A stretch of 64,000 nt of DNA from Nitrosopumilus sp. (GCA_965207445.1 CBDBLX010000002.1:224001-288000); one strand, 5' to 3'. Shown: positions 40,246 through 51,620, numbered from the stretch's first letter. A program made the numbers and translations. The notes: a model not told the origin generated them from the letters alone.

Positions 40246-41427
40246 TTGTTTGTAATGACAAAGACCGATGTTGCAACAACTACTACAAGGCGAAAAATGG
40301 AGCTGGCCCCCAGTGTGCTAAAGTGGGCACGCGAGCGTGCAGACTTGAGTATTGATGATTTGGCAAAAAAAATCCGCACAAAACCACAGCGAGTAGAAGA
40401 ATGGGAAGCCACCGGACAGTTGTCACGAAATCACGCAGAAAAGCTTGCTCGATATACCCATACACCATTTGGCTATTTATTTATGAAGAAACCAATAATA
40501 GAATCGCTACCAATTGTGGATTTTCGCACGCATAAAGACTATAACCAACTGCAAATTATTGCAAGCCCAGGACTATTGTCTACAATATACCATATGCAAA
40601 ACAGACAAGAATGGATGCGCAGTTATATGCTAGAGTTTGATATCAAACCTCCAACATTTGTGGGACAGTATAAAAACAAACCCATACCTGTTGTATCTGA
40701 TGCAATGCACAAAACCTTGGGCCTTTGTAAAGAATGGTTCTCTGAGCACTCTACGTTGGACCGTGCATTTTCTCATCTGATCGGACGCATTGATGAAATA
40801 GGTATAATGGCTATAGTAGATGGCACAGTCAGAGGTAATACACACCACAAACTAGATCCTAATGAGTTTCAAGGGTTTGCGCTAGTAGATGATTATGCTC
40901 CGCTAATATTTGTTAATGGTGCAGATTACAAAGCCGCACAGATGTTTACTGTTGCACATGAACTTGCGCATATATTTATTGGTGCAGAGGGACTTTCATC
41001 GCTGAATAAAACTCTGCCACTATTTGATAATAAAGTGGAGAGGCGGTGCAATAAAATTGCCGCAGAGTTTTTAATTCCTAGTGATGCATTATTTGATTTT
41101 ATGTCCAAAAAAGAGCATGGGGATAATAGCGCGGCCAAATACTATAAGGTTAGTCGTATAATGACTATGAGGCGTATGTCTGATGCAGGGGTTATCGGCA
41201 AGAGGGGTTTTGATATAATTTATTCTAACTATGCAAAACATCAGCAACTTATACGGAAAAAAAATGGCGGCAACTATTGGCACCCGATAAAATATCGTAT
41301 AGGTGAGAGATTTGGAAAAGCAATCGTGCTAGCCGTAGCAGAAGGTCGACTGTCTTATACTGATGCGTACAGTTTGACAGGCATACGTGGTGGTGCATTT
41401 GAGCGATATGCACAAAGGATGTGTTAA
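40246..41427 (+). CDS. XRE-HTH plus ImmA/IrrE zinc metallopeptidase
   Basis: LKWARER HTH; FQGFAL; FTVAHELAH; ERRCNKIAAEFLIP. Confidence 0.92.
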   Translation: MFVMTKTDVATTTTRRKMELAPSVLKWARERADLSIDDLAKKIRTKPQRVEEWEATGQLSRNHAEKLARYTHTPFGYLFMKKPIIESLPIVDFRTHKDYNQLQIIASPGLLSTIYHMQNRQEWMRSYMLEFDIKPPTFVGQYKNKPIPVVSDAMHKTLGLCKEWFSEHSTLDRAFSHLIGRIDEIGIMAIVDGTVRGNTHHKLDPNEFQGFALVDDYAPLIFVNGADYKAAQMFTVAHELAHIFIGAEGLSSLNKTLPLFDNKVERRCNKIAAEFLIPSDALFDFMSKKEHGDNSAAKYYKVSRIMTMRRMSDAGVIGKRGFDIIYSNYAKHQQLIRKKNGGNYWHPIKYRIGERFGKAIVLAVAEGRLSYTDAYSLTGIRGGAFERYAQRMC

Positions 41428-41431
41428 TTAG

Positions 41432-41932
41432 ATGACATCTGTCAAAGATGTGTTTGTGTTAGATGCAAACGTATTCATCAATGCCAACAACACGTATTAT
41501 GCGCGGGATATATGTAATAAATTCTGGTTACACCTTACATCTTACAACAAACAAGGGACAGTGTGCAGCATAGATAGAATATATGATGAATTAGATGGTA
41601 GACAAGATGATCTTAATAAATGGGCCACAGAGAACAAAGCAATGTTTGTATCGACACATGATCTACATATAGAACAAAACTACGGTAAAATAGTGACTTG
41701 GGTTGGCAGCAAGCAATATTTGGCTGCTGCGGCAAAAGATGAGTTTTATCGTATAGCAGATGGTTGGCTTGCCGCTTATGCACTTACTACTGGGTATACA
41801 CTAGTCACACATGAGAAACCTGAACCAAAATCACGCAAGCACATAAAACTACCAGATGTTTGTAAAGAGTTTAACATATCATATACAGACACGTTTACTA
41901 TGATGCGCAAGATTGGAATGCGTCTATGTTGA
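41432..41932 (+). CDS. DUF4411-family PIN-domain protein
   Basis: LDANVFI, FW, ADGWLAAYA, LVTHE, IKLPDVC. Confidence 0.9.
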   Translation: MTSVKDVFVLDANVFINANNTYYARDICNKFWLHLTSYNKQGTVCSIDRIYDELDGRQDDLNKWATENKAMFVSTHDLHIEQNYGKIVTWVGSKQYLAAAAKDEFYRIADGWLAAYALTTGYTLVTHEKPEPKSRKHIKLPDVCKEFNISYTDTFTMMRKIGMRLC

Positions 41933-42052
41933 ATATTATTATTGTATTATGCCTAATTTTTGCTAGGAATTGAACTTAGAATTATGGCGTACACAAACAC
42001 CACACATGTGATCAAAATTTAAGGTTATAACCTATATCACACATATCTCAAC

Positions 42053-42523
42053 ATGGCATCAAAAGAGATACGTGTCCCAAAAGAGGTTCGAGAGATTATG
42101 CCTAATTGGGCGCAAGAAACGATTCTGGGATACCCGCAGGGTTCTATCAAACAGTATCGTTATGGTACTTTGCACATACGTGAATATGACTCTGAATATA
42201 TAGTACATACTGATAAAATAGACCCGCGCAAGGATGCACTTGGCCATTTATTGCATGATGCACCAGAGATATTGGCTGGAGTTGCAGGTGGACTGATTGC
42301 TGGAGCATATGTAGCATCAAATATGAAAAACACCAAAAATAGAAAAAAAAAGAAGAAAAGTTACACTGATGTCATATTTACTGCTATATCATCTGGATAT
42401 GTTTCATATTTTACAGCAAAAGAGATTCGCAACTATCTATCTACTCGTTATCACAATGATGACCCCCATCATGATAACCCCCATCATAATAACAAAAAAC
42501 ACAAAAGGACAAGGAATGACTAA
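42053..42523 (+). CDS. Hypothetical protein
   Basis: QYRYGTLHIREY...H.D.IDPR.D.LGHL..DAPE; abuts the ABC1 gene. Confidence 0.75.
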   Translation: MASKEIRVPKEVREIMPNWAQETILGYPQGSIKQYRYGTLHIREYDSEYIVHTDKIDPRKDALGHLLHDAPEILAGVAGGLIAGAYVASNMKNTKNRKKKKKSYTDVIFTAISSGYVSYFTAKEIRNYLSTRYHNDDPHHDNPHHNNKKHKRTRND

Positions 42524-44127
42524 TGTCAGTAAATCTACGTGCCATTGGAATACTGATAAAATTAATGCCATCATTTATTGCGTTGCGCCGCGACAGACGC
42601 AAGTGGGCCTCTATCTCTGCATCCAAAAGATCATCTGCGCCGCAAAATCACGCCCCCATTGATGTTTCAAAGTTCCAATCACATGCGCGTCGTATGCTCG
42701 ACACATTTGTGTCACTTGGTCCTGTTTACATAAAACTAGGTCAATGGCTTTCGTCTCGCGCAGATATACTACCGCATCCATATCTAGAAGAGTTGGCAAA
42801 ACTTCAAGATGATGTACCTGCTGCGCCATTTGAGATGGTAAAGCCAATTCTAGAAAAGAATTTGGGGCCATTGAATGAAACATTTGATGAGATTAACTAT
42901 GAGTCGATATCTGGCGCTTCTTTGGGACAAGTATACTTGGCCACATATGATGGAAAGCAGGTAGCCATAAAGGTAAAGAGGCCTGAGATTGAAAAGGTTG
43001 TGAGCCTTGATCTCAAAGTGCTCAAAAAAGTCCTACCTATTGCACTACGTTTTGTGGATCCGAATCTACGATATTCAGCAAAGGCAATGTTATCGCAATT
43101 TATCGAGAGCATATATGAGGAGATGGACTATACGGCTGAATCTGCGAATCTAAAGCGAATAAAAAATGATATGCAAACTAGTGGTCGTGACGTTGTGGTA
43201 CCATCTGTATATGATGATTTATCCTCTAAAGATATACTCACAATGGAGTACATACCTGGTATCAAAATAACTAACATCAAATCATTAGATGAACTAGGTA
43301 TTGATAGAACTAAACTAGTCATTGATGTTCACAAGATATTCTTTACCATGTTGTTGAGGCACTCGGTATTTCATGCAGATCCGCATCCTGGCAATATCTC
43401 TGTTGCAGATGACGGTAGACTGATCTTATATGACTATGGAATGGTCGGAAGACTTGACAATGAGACTCGCATGAAACTAGTCAGGTTGTATCTGGCACTA
43501 GTCGAAAAAGATTCATCAAGAACAGTTAATGCGATGGATGATCTAGGAATGCTGATACCTGACTTTGATCGTTATGTGCTTGTAAAGGGGATAGATATGA
43601 CCATTGAGGCCATGCATGGACGCAAGCCTGATGAGATGGAAGTCGACAGTCTGATGGAACTTGCAAATAGGACGATGAGTAGATTTCCGTTTATACTTCC
43701 AAAGAATCTTGCACTGTACATGCGCATGGCATCTATAATTGAAGGTATATACAAGACACATCAGGTAGAGTTCAAGTTCGTACGCGTATTACGTGAGATA
43801 CTCGAAGAAGAACAACTGATCAAAGATGCGTATGTAGAAGAGATAAAGCACTCTATTACAAGATTTGCAAAATCAATTGATGATGCTATACATTTAGCGC
43901 CAGAATTAAAGCGTCATTTAGATGAGACTCGGTCTGCACAATATCAGATGCGACGACGTAATAGTTCTGGTATCATACTGTTATCGGGTGCTATCTTTTC
44001 TGGTATGTTGTTTGTTGGTTCTACTGTTTTGATGGCAACATCTGCAACAGATATTGGAGTTGTGGGTATGGTAGGCTCGTTTGTATCAATGGGAATATTC
44101 TCATTGTTTGCCAAAACGAGGCGTTAA
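42523..44127 (+). CDS. ABC1/UbiB atypical kinase
   Basis: IKLGQ, LQDDVP, ASLGQV, VAIKV, EMDY, HADPHPGN, DYGM. Confidence 0.94.
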   Translation: MSVNLRAIGILIKLMPSFIALRRDRRKWASISASKRSSAPQNHAPIDVSKFQSHARRMLDTFVSLGPVYIKLGQWLSSRADILPHPYLEELAKLQDDVPAAPFEMVKPILEKNLGPLNETFDEINYESISGASLGQVYLATYDGKQVAIKVKRPEIEKVVSLDLKVLKKVLPIALRFVDPNLRYSAKAMLSQFIESIYEEMDYTAESANLKRIKNDMQTSGRDVVVPSVYDDLSSKDILTMEYIPGIKITNIKSLDELGIDRTKLVIDVHKIFFTMLLRHSVFHADPHPGNISVADDGRLILYDYGMVGRLDNETRMKLVRLYLALVEKDSSRTVNAMDDLGMLIPDFDRYVLVKGIDMTIEAMHGRKPDEMEVDSLMELANRTMSRFPFILPKNLALYMRMASIIEGIYKTHQVEFKFVRVLREILEEEQLIKDAYVEEIKHSITRFAKSIDDAIHLAPELKRHLDETRSAQYQMRRRNSSGIILLSGAIFSGMLFVGSTVLMATSATDIGVVGMVGSFVSMGIFSLFAKTRR

Positions 44128-44139
44128 CTGCGGGGTGTA

Positions 44140-44607
44140 CTAGTCTATTGGAATCACTAGCCCGCGGCGTTTTCTTATTGGTATTGTAATTAAAAGTACC
44201 CCATTGTCGTATTTGGCAGTAGTAGATTTGCGTGTATCCTCGTCGTTTTTCCCCTCTTCTTTTTTTGATGCACCATACACAGAAATAGGAAGCCGTATCT
44301 TTTTGTCTATGAAATTGGGACGTTGTGCGCATATTATCTTGTAATCGTGATTACTATTATCGGCATTGTCTTTTGCAGCATCGGACATATCATCCACTCT
44401 TTTTTTGCGTGCTTTGATGTGTAATATTTTGCCTCTCTGTGTTATATCGATGTCTTTTTTATCAAATCCTGGCACATCTACTGTTACTAAAAGATAATCG
44501 TCTTTGATAGTCATATCAACTGGTGGCAGTACAAACTCGTAAAACTCCCTCGTCTTACTCTCAATCTCTTTTGCCATCTCTTTTGCCATGTTCTCTACTA
44601 GTCTCAT
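44140..44607 (-). CDS. Small heat-shock protein (Hsp20)
   Basis: PPVDM, DVPGF, AKYDNGVLLITIP. Confidence 0.92.
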   Translation of the reverse strand: MRLVENMAKEMAKEIESKTREFYEFVLPPVDMTIKDDYLLVTVDVPGFDKKDIDITQRGKILHIKARKKRVDDMSDAAKDNADNSNHDYKIICAQRPNFIDKKIRLPISVYGASKKEEGKNDEDTRKSTTAKYDNGVLLITIPIRKRRGLVIPID

Positions 44608-44657
44608 TATTGAAACTATGATTTTTTAGTTATAAGTAGTTGATTGTACAGTCGTAC

Positions 44658-44733
44658 GTAGCCATTCAACTCTATTTTCAAATTTAGGCACAAATTCACC
44701 GTCTAGCGTCTGGCGCAGGGTCTGAATAGTTAC
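44658..44733. mobile_element. MITE family A, copy 4, with 9-bp TSD (1 mismatch)
   Basis: GTAGCCATTCAAC...TGAATAGTTAC flanked by CAGTCGTAC and CAGTCGCAC. Confidence 0.85.
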
Positions 44734-44954
44734 CAGTCGCACGTATAATAAAACTATATTTTTAAAATAAGTAATACTTGCAAATAATAAGGGATGTAAA
44801 TTAAATACATCTTTAAAATTGCGTATCTTTTGTATATCTACTTTTTAATATACGTGTAATAATTTCTGTTTAATTTTGCATAAATATTGCCTATAATAAT
44901 ATGTACATTTATATAGATTATTATGAAGTGACATATGGGCAACAATGATTAGGA

Positions 44955-45530
44955 TTGATTATAGCAATAGAAGGTATCGACAAAGCCGGCAAACAGACAC
45001 AAGCAAGCGTATTGAGCATTGCACTTGAAAAACAGCATTTATCATCAAAAATATTACATTTTCCAGATTATAGTACACATGTAGGCAAAGAGATAACTCG
45101 ACACTTGAAGACTCGTAGTAATATGCGTGTATTGCATTGTCTGCAGGCAGCAAACAAGTGGGAGAGCCTTGATGTAATACAGGATGCATGCCAAAAATAT
45201 GATGTGGTGATAATTGACCGCTATTTGACATCTAATATAGTGTATGGTATGGCAAATCAATTAGATAAATTGTGGCTTGAGAACCTTGAGCGTGGATTGC
45301 CAAAAACTGATCTTAACATTTTACTGGATATATCAGTAGATGAATCATTTAGACGATCGCCTGATAATCGTGACAAATTTGAGGAAAATCGAAGCTTTCT
45401 TGAAAGAGTACGAAGCGAATATCAAAAGATGGCAGAGAGTGAAAGATGGTTGATCGTTGATGCAAATAGGACAAAAGAAGAAATACATCAAGACATTTTT
45501 CAATATGTAATTTCAAATGTGATTAAATAA
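44955..45530 (+). CDS. tmk: Thymidylate kinase
   Basis: IEGIDKAGKQTQ, FPDY, IDRY..S..YG. Confidence 0.94.
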   Translation: MIIAIEGIDKAGKQTQASVLSIALEKQHLSSKILHFPDYSTHVGKEITRHLKTRSNMRVLHCLQAANKWESLDVIQDACQKYDVVIIDRYLTSNIVYGMANQLDKLWLENLERGLPKTDLNILLDISVDESFRRSPDNRDKFEENRSFLERVRSEYQKMAESERWLIVDANRTKEEIHQDIFQYVISNVIK

Positions 45531-45560
45531 TATATTCTATTTAAATACATAATTTATTAC

Positions 45561-45600
45561 ATATAATTACATATAATTACATATAATTACATATAATTAC
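45561..45600. repeat. 10-bp tandem repeat (ATATAATTAC) x4
   Basis: Read directly from the sequence. Confidence 0.9.
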
Positions 45601-45767
45601 AGTAAGTATTCATCAATTTTTTGTAGATTTCTACTAGTTCAATATTGTGCTAAAATGCACTGTCGCCATACATTAACTTTGTATTTTAAAAGATGTAAAT
45701 ATGTTTGTACTAGAAAAATAAAACTCACAAGCATATATAATTACTCACTCATTCTCTAGTCCACATT

Positions 45768-45951
45768 ATGTCTACAGTACAGCGCGCGTCAGTCATACAC
45801 ACAGAGAAATTTACCGTATTTGGAACAACTCAAAGTAAAAAATTTCAAAAGTTTAAAGGAACTAGAGATTATGTTTGAGCATTTCAATGTGTTTGTTGGG
45901 GTTAATGCATTAGACAAGTCTAATTTTGTGTTAAACAAGCTCCACGACTGA
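45768..45951 (+). pseudogene. N-terminal remnant of an ABC-class (AAA_15/AAA_21-like) ATPase
   Basis: LEQLKVKNFKSLKELEIMFEHFNVFVGVNALDKSNF with decayed Walker A, then a stop. Confidence 0.7.
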
Positions 45952-46586
45952 TATGATTATTCAAAAATAACTCCTAGCTAAATGTATTGCATGCACGATA
46001 CTTGATATGCAATGAAGGATGTGACCAAATACAAGTATGTGATTTCATTAGTGCATCCAAAGAAATTGATTCACACTAACACTCACGCGTACGATGTACA
46101 GGAAAAATATCGAGAAACTTGGTGCCGTATGTGACTCTGACCAAAATACCCTCCAGTCTGTTGACATGCAGGACATACGATACTTTATGGTAAAGGGGGC
46201 ACGTGTAACGGAATGGGTGGTAATGAAGCGCGCATTGACCTGACTGAAGCGCTTGACAAGATCGACTGTCTGGGACACGGTGTCTACGACCATTTTATCG
46301 GCTTTCGTAACTACCCGACCCGTGAGATGGTGCAGTTTGTACACTATGCCGAGATTAACTGGTATGCAGACGTCCCAATATGTCAAGATGGCAACGAGCA
46401 CCACTGGGACGGATACGTGTTGGGGGTGCCATACGGATAGTATGAACGCGGTAAAAACCAACTGTCAGGATGTTCTTTGAGGGCGCGTGGTGGTTTTACT
46501 TTCTACCGTTTAAGATGAACCGGATGCCCGTTGAAATAAGAAACACACGTGGCGCCTGAGGACAATTCTTACTTTTCGAGTATTTT

Positions 46587-47273
46587 TCAATCCCAACTTG
46601 TCGCGTCAAGTTCTATTACTGATCTCTTGATCCGACTGGCAACTTTTCTGTGTAGGTTGTTGAATTCCCGGTAATTTTTAAGGTTCTTTTGACGTGCAAG
46701 GTGTTCGTATTCACCATACTGGTCCAGAATTTCAACAGATATTCTGTTGTATACACTGAATTTCTGTGGATAGAGGGCGGCGGCAAGGCCGGAAATGAAG
46801 GCGGGGCCAAATGTCCTGCATGTGACATCTTTTTCTTCAAACATCTCTAGTTTGCTGTAAAGTTGGGCATCGTTGTAGTTTTTATGATTATAGAGTGCCT
46901 CAACCACATCCAAGAATGTGCTGCGCGCCTGCTCGCCATATTCCTTCACAATGGTTCGACTCAAAGATTTGTATCGGCCATGTTTTGAGAGGGTCATTAT
47001 GTTGTTCCTTAGGGGTTCTTCCAAGTGTAGTTCAACCAACACCTTCCCTAATGTTACTTTTTCGCCAGTCACATAATCAAATATGTTAAGATATGCACGT
47101 ATCATGGAGCGGAACTGTTGTCCGTCTCTTTCCAATTCATCACTGTTCTCCATAACATACCTGTCAGTAAACAGACGGATAACTTTGTTTGATCGTTTGA
47201 TTTCTTCAAGGCGATCGGGGTCTGTGTGGCCTTGTTTGTAGTCCTTACAAAGAGCGTCAAAGTCGGACGTCAT
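46587..47273 (-). CDS. Hypothetical protein, possibly restriction-associated
   Basis: FISGLAAALYPQKFSVYN...ELD pattern resembles domains in McrB-associated proteins. Confidence 0.55.
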   Translation of the reverse strand: MTSDFDALCKDYKQGHTDPDRLEEIKRSNKVIRLFTDRYVMENSDELERDGQQFRSMIRAYLNIFDYVTGEKVTLGKVLVELHLEEPLRNNIMTLSKHGRYKSLSRTIVKEYGEQARSTFLDVVEALYNHKNYNDAQLYSKLEMFEEKDVTCRTFGPAFISGLAAALYPQKFSVYNRISVEILDQYGEYEHLARQKNLKNYREFNNLHRKVASRIKRSVIELDATSWD

Positions 47274-47374
47274 GCATGCAATTTCTAGAAGATAATATTT
47301 AACTCTTAGTCGATAGAGGAGGTTGGTGCATATCTATTCACAACCGTAAAATAGCGTCACCTGCGTACCAAACT

Positions 47375-48061
47375 GTGAAAAACCACAACAGCGCGAATCG
47401 ATGGATATGCGCGATCATTGTGGTGTCTTTCGTTGTGCTTGTCTCGGTTTTCTTTTGGCCGTACATGTGGCAAGGTGAGATCCTGGGCAAGTGGGCGTCC
47501 ATAGTGACCATTCTCTCACTGGTTGGCGTGCCCATTGCCTATTTTGTAAAACAAAATGAAAGGGAAAATGAGAGGGAGATGGAAAGGGAACGGGAAAGGA
47601 AGATGGCCGAAACCATGGAAAAGGAAAGGAAGATGACAGAAGTGCTAGAAAGGGAGCGCACGTCAAAAAATCTGTACGGGGAATTATTCGATACTTTGTC
47701 CGCCATAAAAGGCGACACATTCCCAAAAGATCTGCTTGATGTGGAATTCAACGGCAAAACCCTTACATTTACAAACAGATTTCTTAACCACGACATATAC
47801 GACAGCCTTATCTTTTCGGGAGGAATAAAATTTCTCGATTCTGAGTTACACCAGAAGACACAAAACATATTCAACATGATTAAAAACCACAATCATTATC
47901 TGAGGCTGACCATAGAAAATAGGGGCAGAGATGAAAAGATTTCGAGAGCCACGATGCAATATTATGTACTCTTAGACAAATACGAAAGGCGGTTACTGGA
48001 TGAAATTCCGTTCATGATGACCCATTTGGAAAAAAAGTTTGGGTTCAAATCACCTAACTAG
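47375..48061 (+). CDS. Hypothetical two-TM protein with coiled-coil repeats
   Basis: Two TM segments followed by ERERKM-type repeats. Confidence 0.7.
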   Translation: MKNHNSANRWICAIIVVSFVVLVSVFFWPYMWQGEILGKWASIVTILSLVGVPIAYFVKQNERENEREMERERERKMAETMEKERKMTEVLERERTSKNLYGELFDTLSAIKGDTFPKDLLDVEFNGKTLTFTNRFLNHDIYDSLIFSGGIKFLDSELHQKTQNIFNMIKNHNHYLRLTIENRGRDEKISRATMQYYVLLDKYERRLLDEIPFMMTHLEKKFGFKSPN

Positions 48062-48324
48062 CGTTGGAACGTCCCTTGGACTGGGTGATACGGGGATCGT
48101 CGATGACAGGCGCGTCTTGACTACCTGTCAGCGCCCTCGAATCGTCCAAGGCCTTGCTAGGCTGATCTGGGGCGTCTATACTGTTCTTTAGAAGGTTCAT
48201 GTGTCTCTTACGTCTGCCTACAATTTAAGAGTTTGAGAGGCGGGTGGTGGAAACAGAACGTCTCGTGGTATGGAAGTCAACTCAATATTATTCACACTAC
48301 TTGCAACAGGTAAGATCAGAGGCG

Positions 48325-48513
48325 AGAGCTCTTTTGATATGCTGTGCAAGAGATGCAAACCAGGCTAAAACTACAGAATTATTTGTGCTCATCTGCGCGT
48401 TATCATTACCAATTGATTATATGTAAATATACAATATCGAGATCACCACGATCAGAAAAATGCGCATGATCTTTTACCTTGTGTGTGTGCGCTTCAAAAA
48501 GCAAAATAGTTAC
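48325..48513 (+). mobile_element. MITE family B, about 190-bp copy
   Basis: Closely similar to 34284-34488; ends CAAAATAGTTAC. Confidence 0.85.
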
Positions 48514-48575
48514 CATCCCTCCGTTCAAAGTGCCTGTTTAGTAAACAAAAAATAACAAATAAATCGCATCATTGT

Positions 48576-49874
48576 ATGAGTCCCTCACAACATCACACCT
48601 CTGCAAAACACAAAAAACACCTAGACATACTTGACCCTGTACATGAATATATCAAAGTACTAGATCATGAAATTGCCATTATAGATCATCCGCTGTTTCA
48701 ACGATTAAGGCGCATACGTCAGTTGAGTGGTGTGTATCTTACATATCCATCTGCGCAACATACGCGCTTTGAGCACTCATTGGGCACGATGCATATTGCA
48801 GACCAAGCAGGACGTACACTAATTGAAAAGTCGATGATGAGCACAGATGAACTATTCTTGTTACGCTTGGCGGCTTTACTGCATGATGTAGGACACGGAC
48901 CATTTTCTCATTTATTCGAAGAAGTACTGCGACGCAGTCACACCTCACACGAAGAGTTTGGCAAGCGACTCATACACGAATCAGAGATTGGTGATATCTT
49001 ATCTGAGAATGGTTATGACAAAAGAGTGATTACTGATATTGCATTTGGCACATCAAAATACCAATATATGAATAGTATAATATCTGGTGTACTAAGCGCC
49101 GATATGATGGATTATCTGCGTCGTGACAGTTACTTTACAGGCGCTCAGATGGGACGCACAGAACATCAGCGAATAATTCAAGCATTTGTGGTTCACAAAA
49201 ATGAACTGGCAATTGATCAATCTGCTCTGTATTCGTTTGAGTCTATAATGCATGCACGATATCAAATGTTCAAGGCAGTCTACTTTCATCGCACAGTCAG
49301 AGCTGCTGATGTAATGTTGCTAGAGGCACTCAGACTGTCTGATGATGTACTCGGATTTACCAAATTTGATCTACAAAAGATACCCAATCTGACTGATGAG
49401 CCTGTTTTATACATGATGGCAACTACTAATATTGCACAACTTGCAAGGGCACGCTCACTTGCAACAGACTATCAATATCGTCGTTTACTCAAATGTGCAT
49501 TTGAGCATATTGCAATGAGCAGACAAAAATTACAAGGCATTGACCCTGAGCGTTTGCGCTCTACCATATCTGATGCATCAGGTGTTCCTGAATCAGAAAT
49601 ATTCGTTGATAGCTCGGCTACCCCTTCTATACCACTTGCACCATCAAAAAATGAATCAAGTCACATATTTGTCATACCCCACAAACATCACACTGATGAT
49701 CGTATAGATGGTACACATTATAATGACATACAAGCTCAAAAGATGCCAATATCTGATATTCCATCTGTGAATGCAATCTCTGGGTTTATGAACATATTAC
49801 GAGTTTACACTACACCCAAATATCATAACAATGTTGAAATTACAACACAAAAGATACTAGATGATATATCATGA
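48576..49874 (+). CDS. HD-domain phosphohydrolase (SAMHD1/dNTPase-like)
   Basis: [47 protein letters not shown]. Confidence 0.93.
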   Translation: MSPSQHHTSAKHKKHLDILDPVHEYIKVLDHEIAIIDHPLFQRLRRIRQLSGVYLTYPSAQHTRFEHSLGTMHIADQAGRTLIEKSMMSTDELFLLRLAALLHDVGHGPFSHLFEEVLRRSHTSHEEFGKRLIHESEIGDILSENGYDKRVITDIAFGTSKYQYMNSIISGVLSADMMDYLRRDSYFTGAQMGRTEHQRIIQAFVVHKNELAIDQSALYSFESIMHARYQMFKAVYFHRTVRAADVMLLEALRLSDDVLGFTKFDLQKIPNLTDEPVLYMMATTNIAQLARARSLATDYQYRRLLKCAFEHIAMSRQKLQGIDPERLRSTISDASGVPESEIFVDSSATPSIPLAPSKNESSHIFVIPHKHHTDDRIDGTHYNDIQAQKMPISDIPSVNAISGFMNILRVYTTPKYHNNVEITTQKILDDIS

Positions 49875-50647
49875 CTGCGACCACTACCACTACCACAAAA
49901 ACAACAACTACACATCAAGGCAAAAAAGATCGCCCCATTATCGTACTCAAACTATCTGGTAGAGTGTTTGATCCGGACAATACTCGTGCACTCAAAGACT
50001 ATGCCTCTTTTTTTGTAAAGATAAGCAAGGTATGTCAACCTGTTATCGTTGCAGGTGGGGGTACGACTGCACGACGTTTCATATCAGATGCACGTTTTTT
50101 TGGTGCAGACGAGTCTACACTTGATGAGCTTGGAATCGAGATATCACGATTAAATGCCAAATTATTGATTTATGCTCTGGGGCGTTTTGCGTACTCGCAC
50201 CCCCCTGCTACTCTTCAAGAGATACGTCATGCAGTAGATGAAAATTTGATAGTGGTTACGGGTGGATTGCACCCAGGTCAGTCCACAAATGGTACTGCTG
50301 CTCTAATTGCAGAAAAGGTAAATGCAGAGATGTTCATCAATGCCACTGATGTTGATGGCGTATATGATAAGGATCCGAACAAGTTCAAACAGGCAAAAAA
50401 ATTCAAACGCATCGAACTCAAAGCACTCAAGAGCATGCTAGTGCAAGAGGACTCTGTGGCAGGTGGGTATGACTTGATGGATATTGTGGCGCTCAAAATT
50501 ATAGAGCGCTCTAGAATAAAGACACGAATAATCAAAGCAGACATTAAGATGATTCAAAGCACGATACTCAAAGAACACGCCAGTTATGGAACGGAGATTG
50601 TTTTACCAACTACTATTACCACAACTACCACAACAACAACTACATAA
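49871..50647 (+). CDS. pyrH: UMP kinase
   Basis: [33 protein letters not shown]. Confidence 0.94.
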   Translation: MTATTTTTTKTTTTHQGKKDRPIIVLKLSGRVFDPDNTRALKDYASFFVKISKVCQPVIVAGGGTTARRFISDARFFGADESTLDELGIEISRLNAKLLIYALGRFAYSHPPATLQEIRHAVDENLIVVTGGLHPGQSTNGTAALIAEKVNAEMFINATDVDGVYDKDPNKFKQAKKFKRIELKALKSMLVQEDSVAGGYDLMDIVALKIIERSRIKTRIIKADIKMIQSTILKEHASYGTEIVLPTTITTTTTTTTT

Positions 50648-50996
50648 TATCATCTGCATTAATGGTCCGTCTAGTCTCTGACCATATTTGAATTTCAGCT
50701 CCTGAATACTTGTCCATCCCATCTCCTATCAGTTTTTGATATATTTTGGATGCCTCTTGTATTGTAGTGGCTTTTGATTGTGCCTTTGTATACCCATCAG
50801 CATCAGTTATGATGGCAACAAACCCGTCTGCTGACTCTACCACAGCTGCCATCTCTTCTTCACCCACTGGCTCAAATACACCGCCGATCTTTTTTGTTGT
50901 TAATGTGAGCATGGCAAATCCTGCTGCATCAAACATCTTCAACTGTGACTGGTTTGCCCTTTGTTTGCCCTTTTGGACTGCTTGAAAGTATTGCAT
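50640..50996 (-). CDS. Hypothetical protein
   Basis: Clean 118-aa ORF with host-like codon usage. Confidence 0.7.
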   Translation of the reverse strand: MQYFQAVQKGKQRANQSQLKMFDAAGFAMLTLTTKKIGGVFEPVGEEEMAAVVESADGFVAIITDADGYTKAQSKATTIQEASKIYQKLIGDGMDKYSGAEIQIWSETRRTINADDIM

Positions 50997-51050
50997 GATA
51001 TTATGGCAAATATACTAATGTTATAATAACCAAACATTACATGCATTATA

Positions 51051-51620
51051 TTGAATCCCAAAATCTTTGTAGGTGTAGCAGTTGTAGCGATGGTAGCCAT
51101 AATCGCTAGCATACTAGTCGTAGGGCCCACAATGATGATAGTAGATGATAGTAGTCCGTTTGGTACAGATAGATCTCTGTCTACTGCTGAGCAGATAATT
51201 CCACTTCAAGTGTCATTAAATGATATTCAATTGGAGCGTATATCTGATCGTTCTGCGACACTAGAGGTATCATTTGTACTGTATAATCCCAACCCACGCT
51301 CGATGATCGTTCAGACACTTGACTATCGACTCTTTGAGCACAAATACCATGATGATGATGAGGGCGCACTTGGGGGAGGTCAAATCGGTAGCAGACCTGA
51401 GGGAATGGTAGAGTTCAGTTCCAACTATTACACACTGTTATCTGATTCGTCAATTATACTTCGAGATACTGTTAGACTCTCAAACACTGGTAGCTCAGAA
51501 TTTTGGAGTGCACTTGAGGCAGGTGATGTGTCGTGGCGTGTGGCAGGTGACGTCTTTTATAATTTGAGTTCAATGACTAGTGGACAAGAAAACCGACTGA
51601 CCTTTGATATTACGCCTTGA
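51051..51620 (+). CDS. Membrane-anchored LEA_2/WHy-like protein
   Basis: N-terminal TM; FVLYNPN...LDYRL; same architecture as 14192-14692. Confidence 0.7.
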   Translation: MNPKIFVGVAVVAMVAIIASILVVGPTMMIVDDSSPFGTDRSLSTAEQIIPLQVSLNDIQLERISDRSATLEVSFVLYNPNPRSMIVQTLDYRLFEHKYHDDDEGALGGGQIGSRPEGMVEFSSNYYTLLSDSSIILRDTVRLSNTGSSEFWSALEAGDVSWRVAGDVFYNLSSMTSGQENRLTFDITP

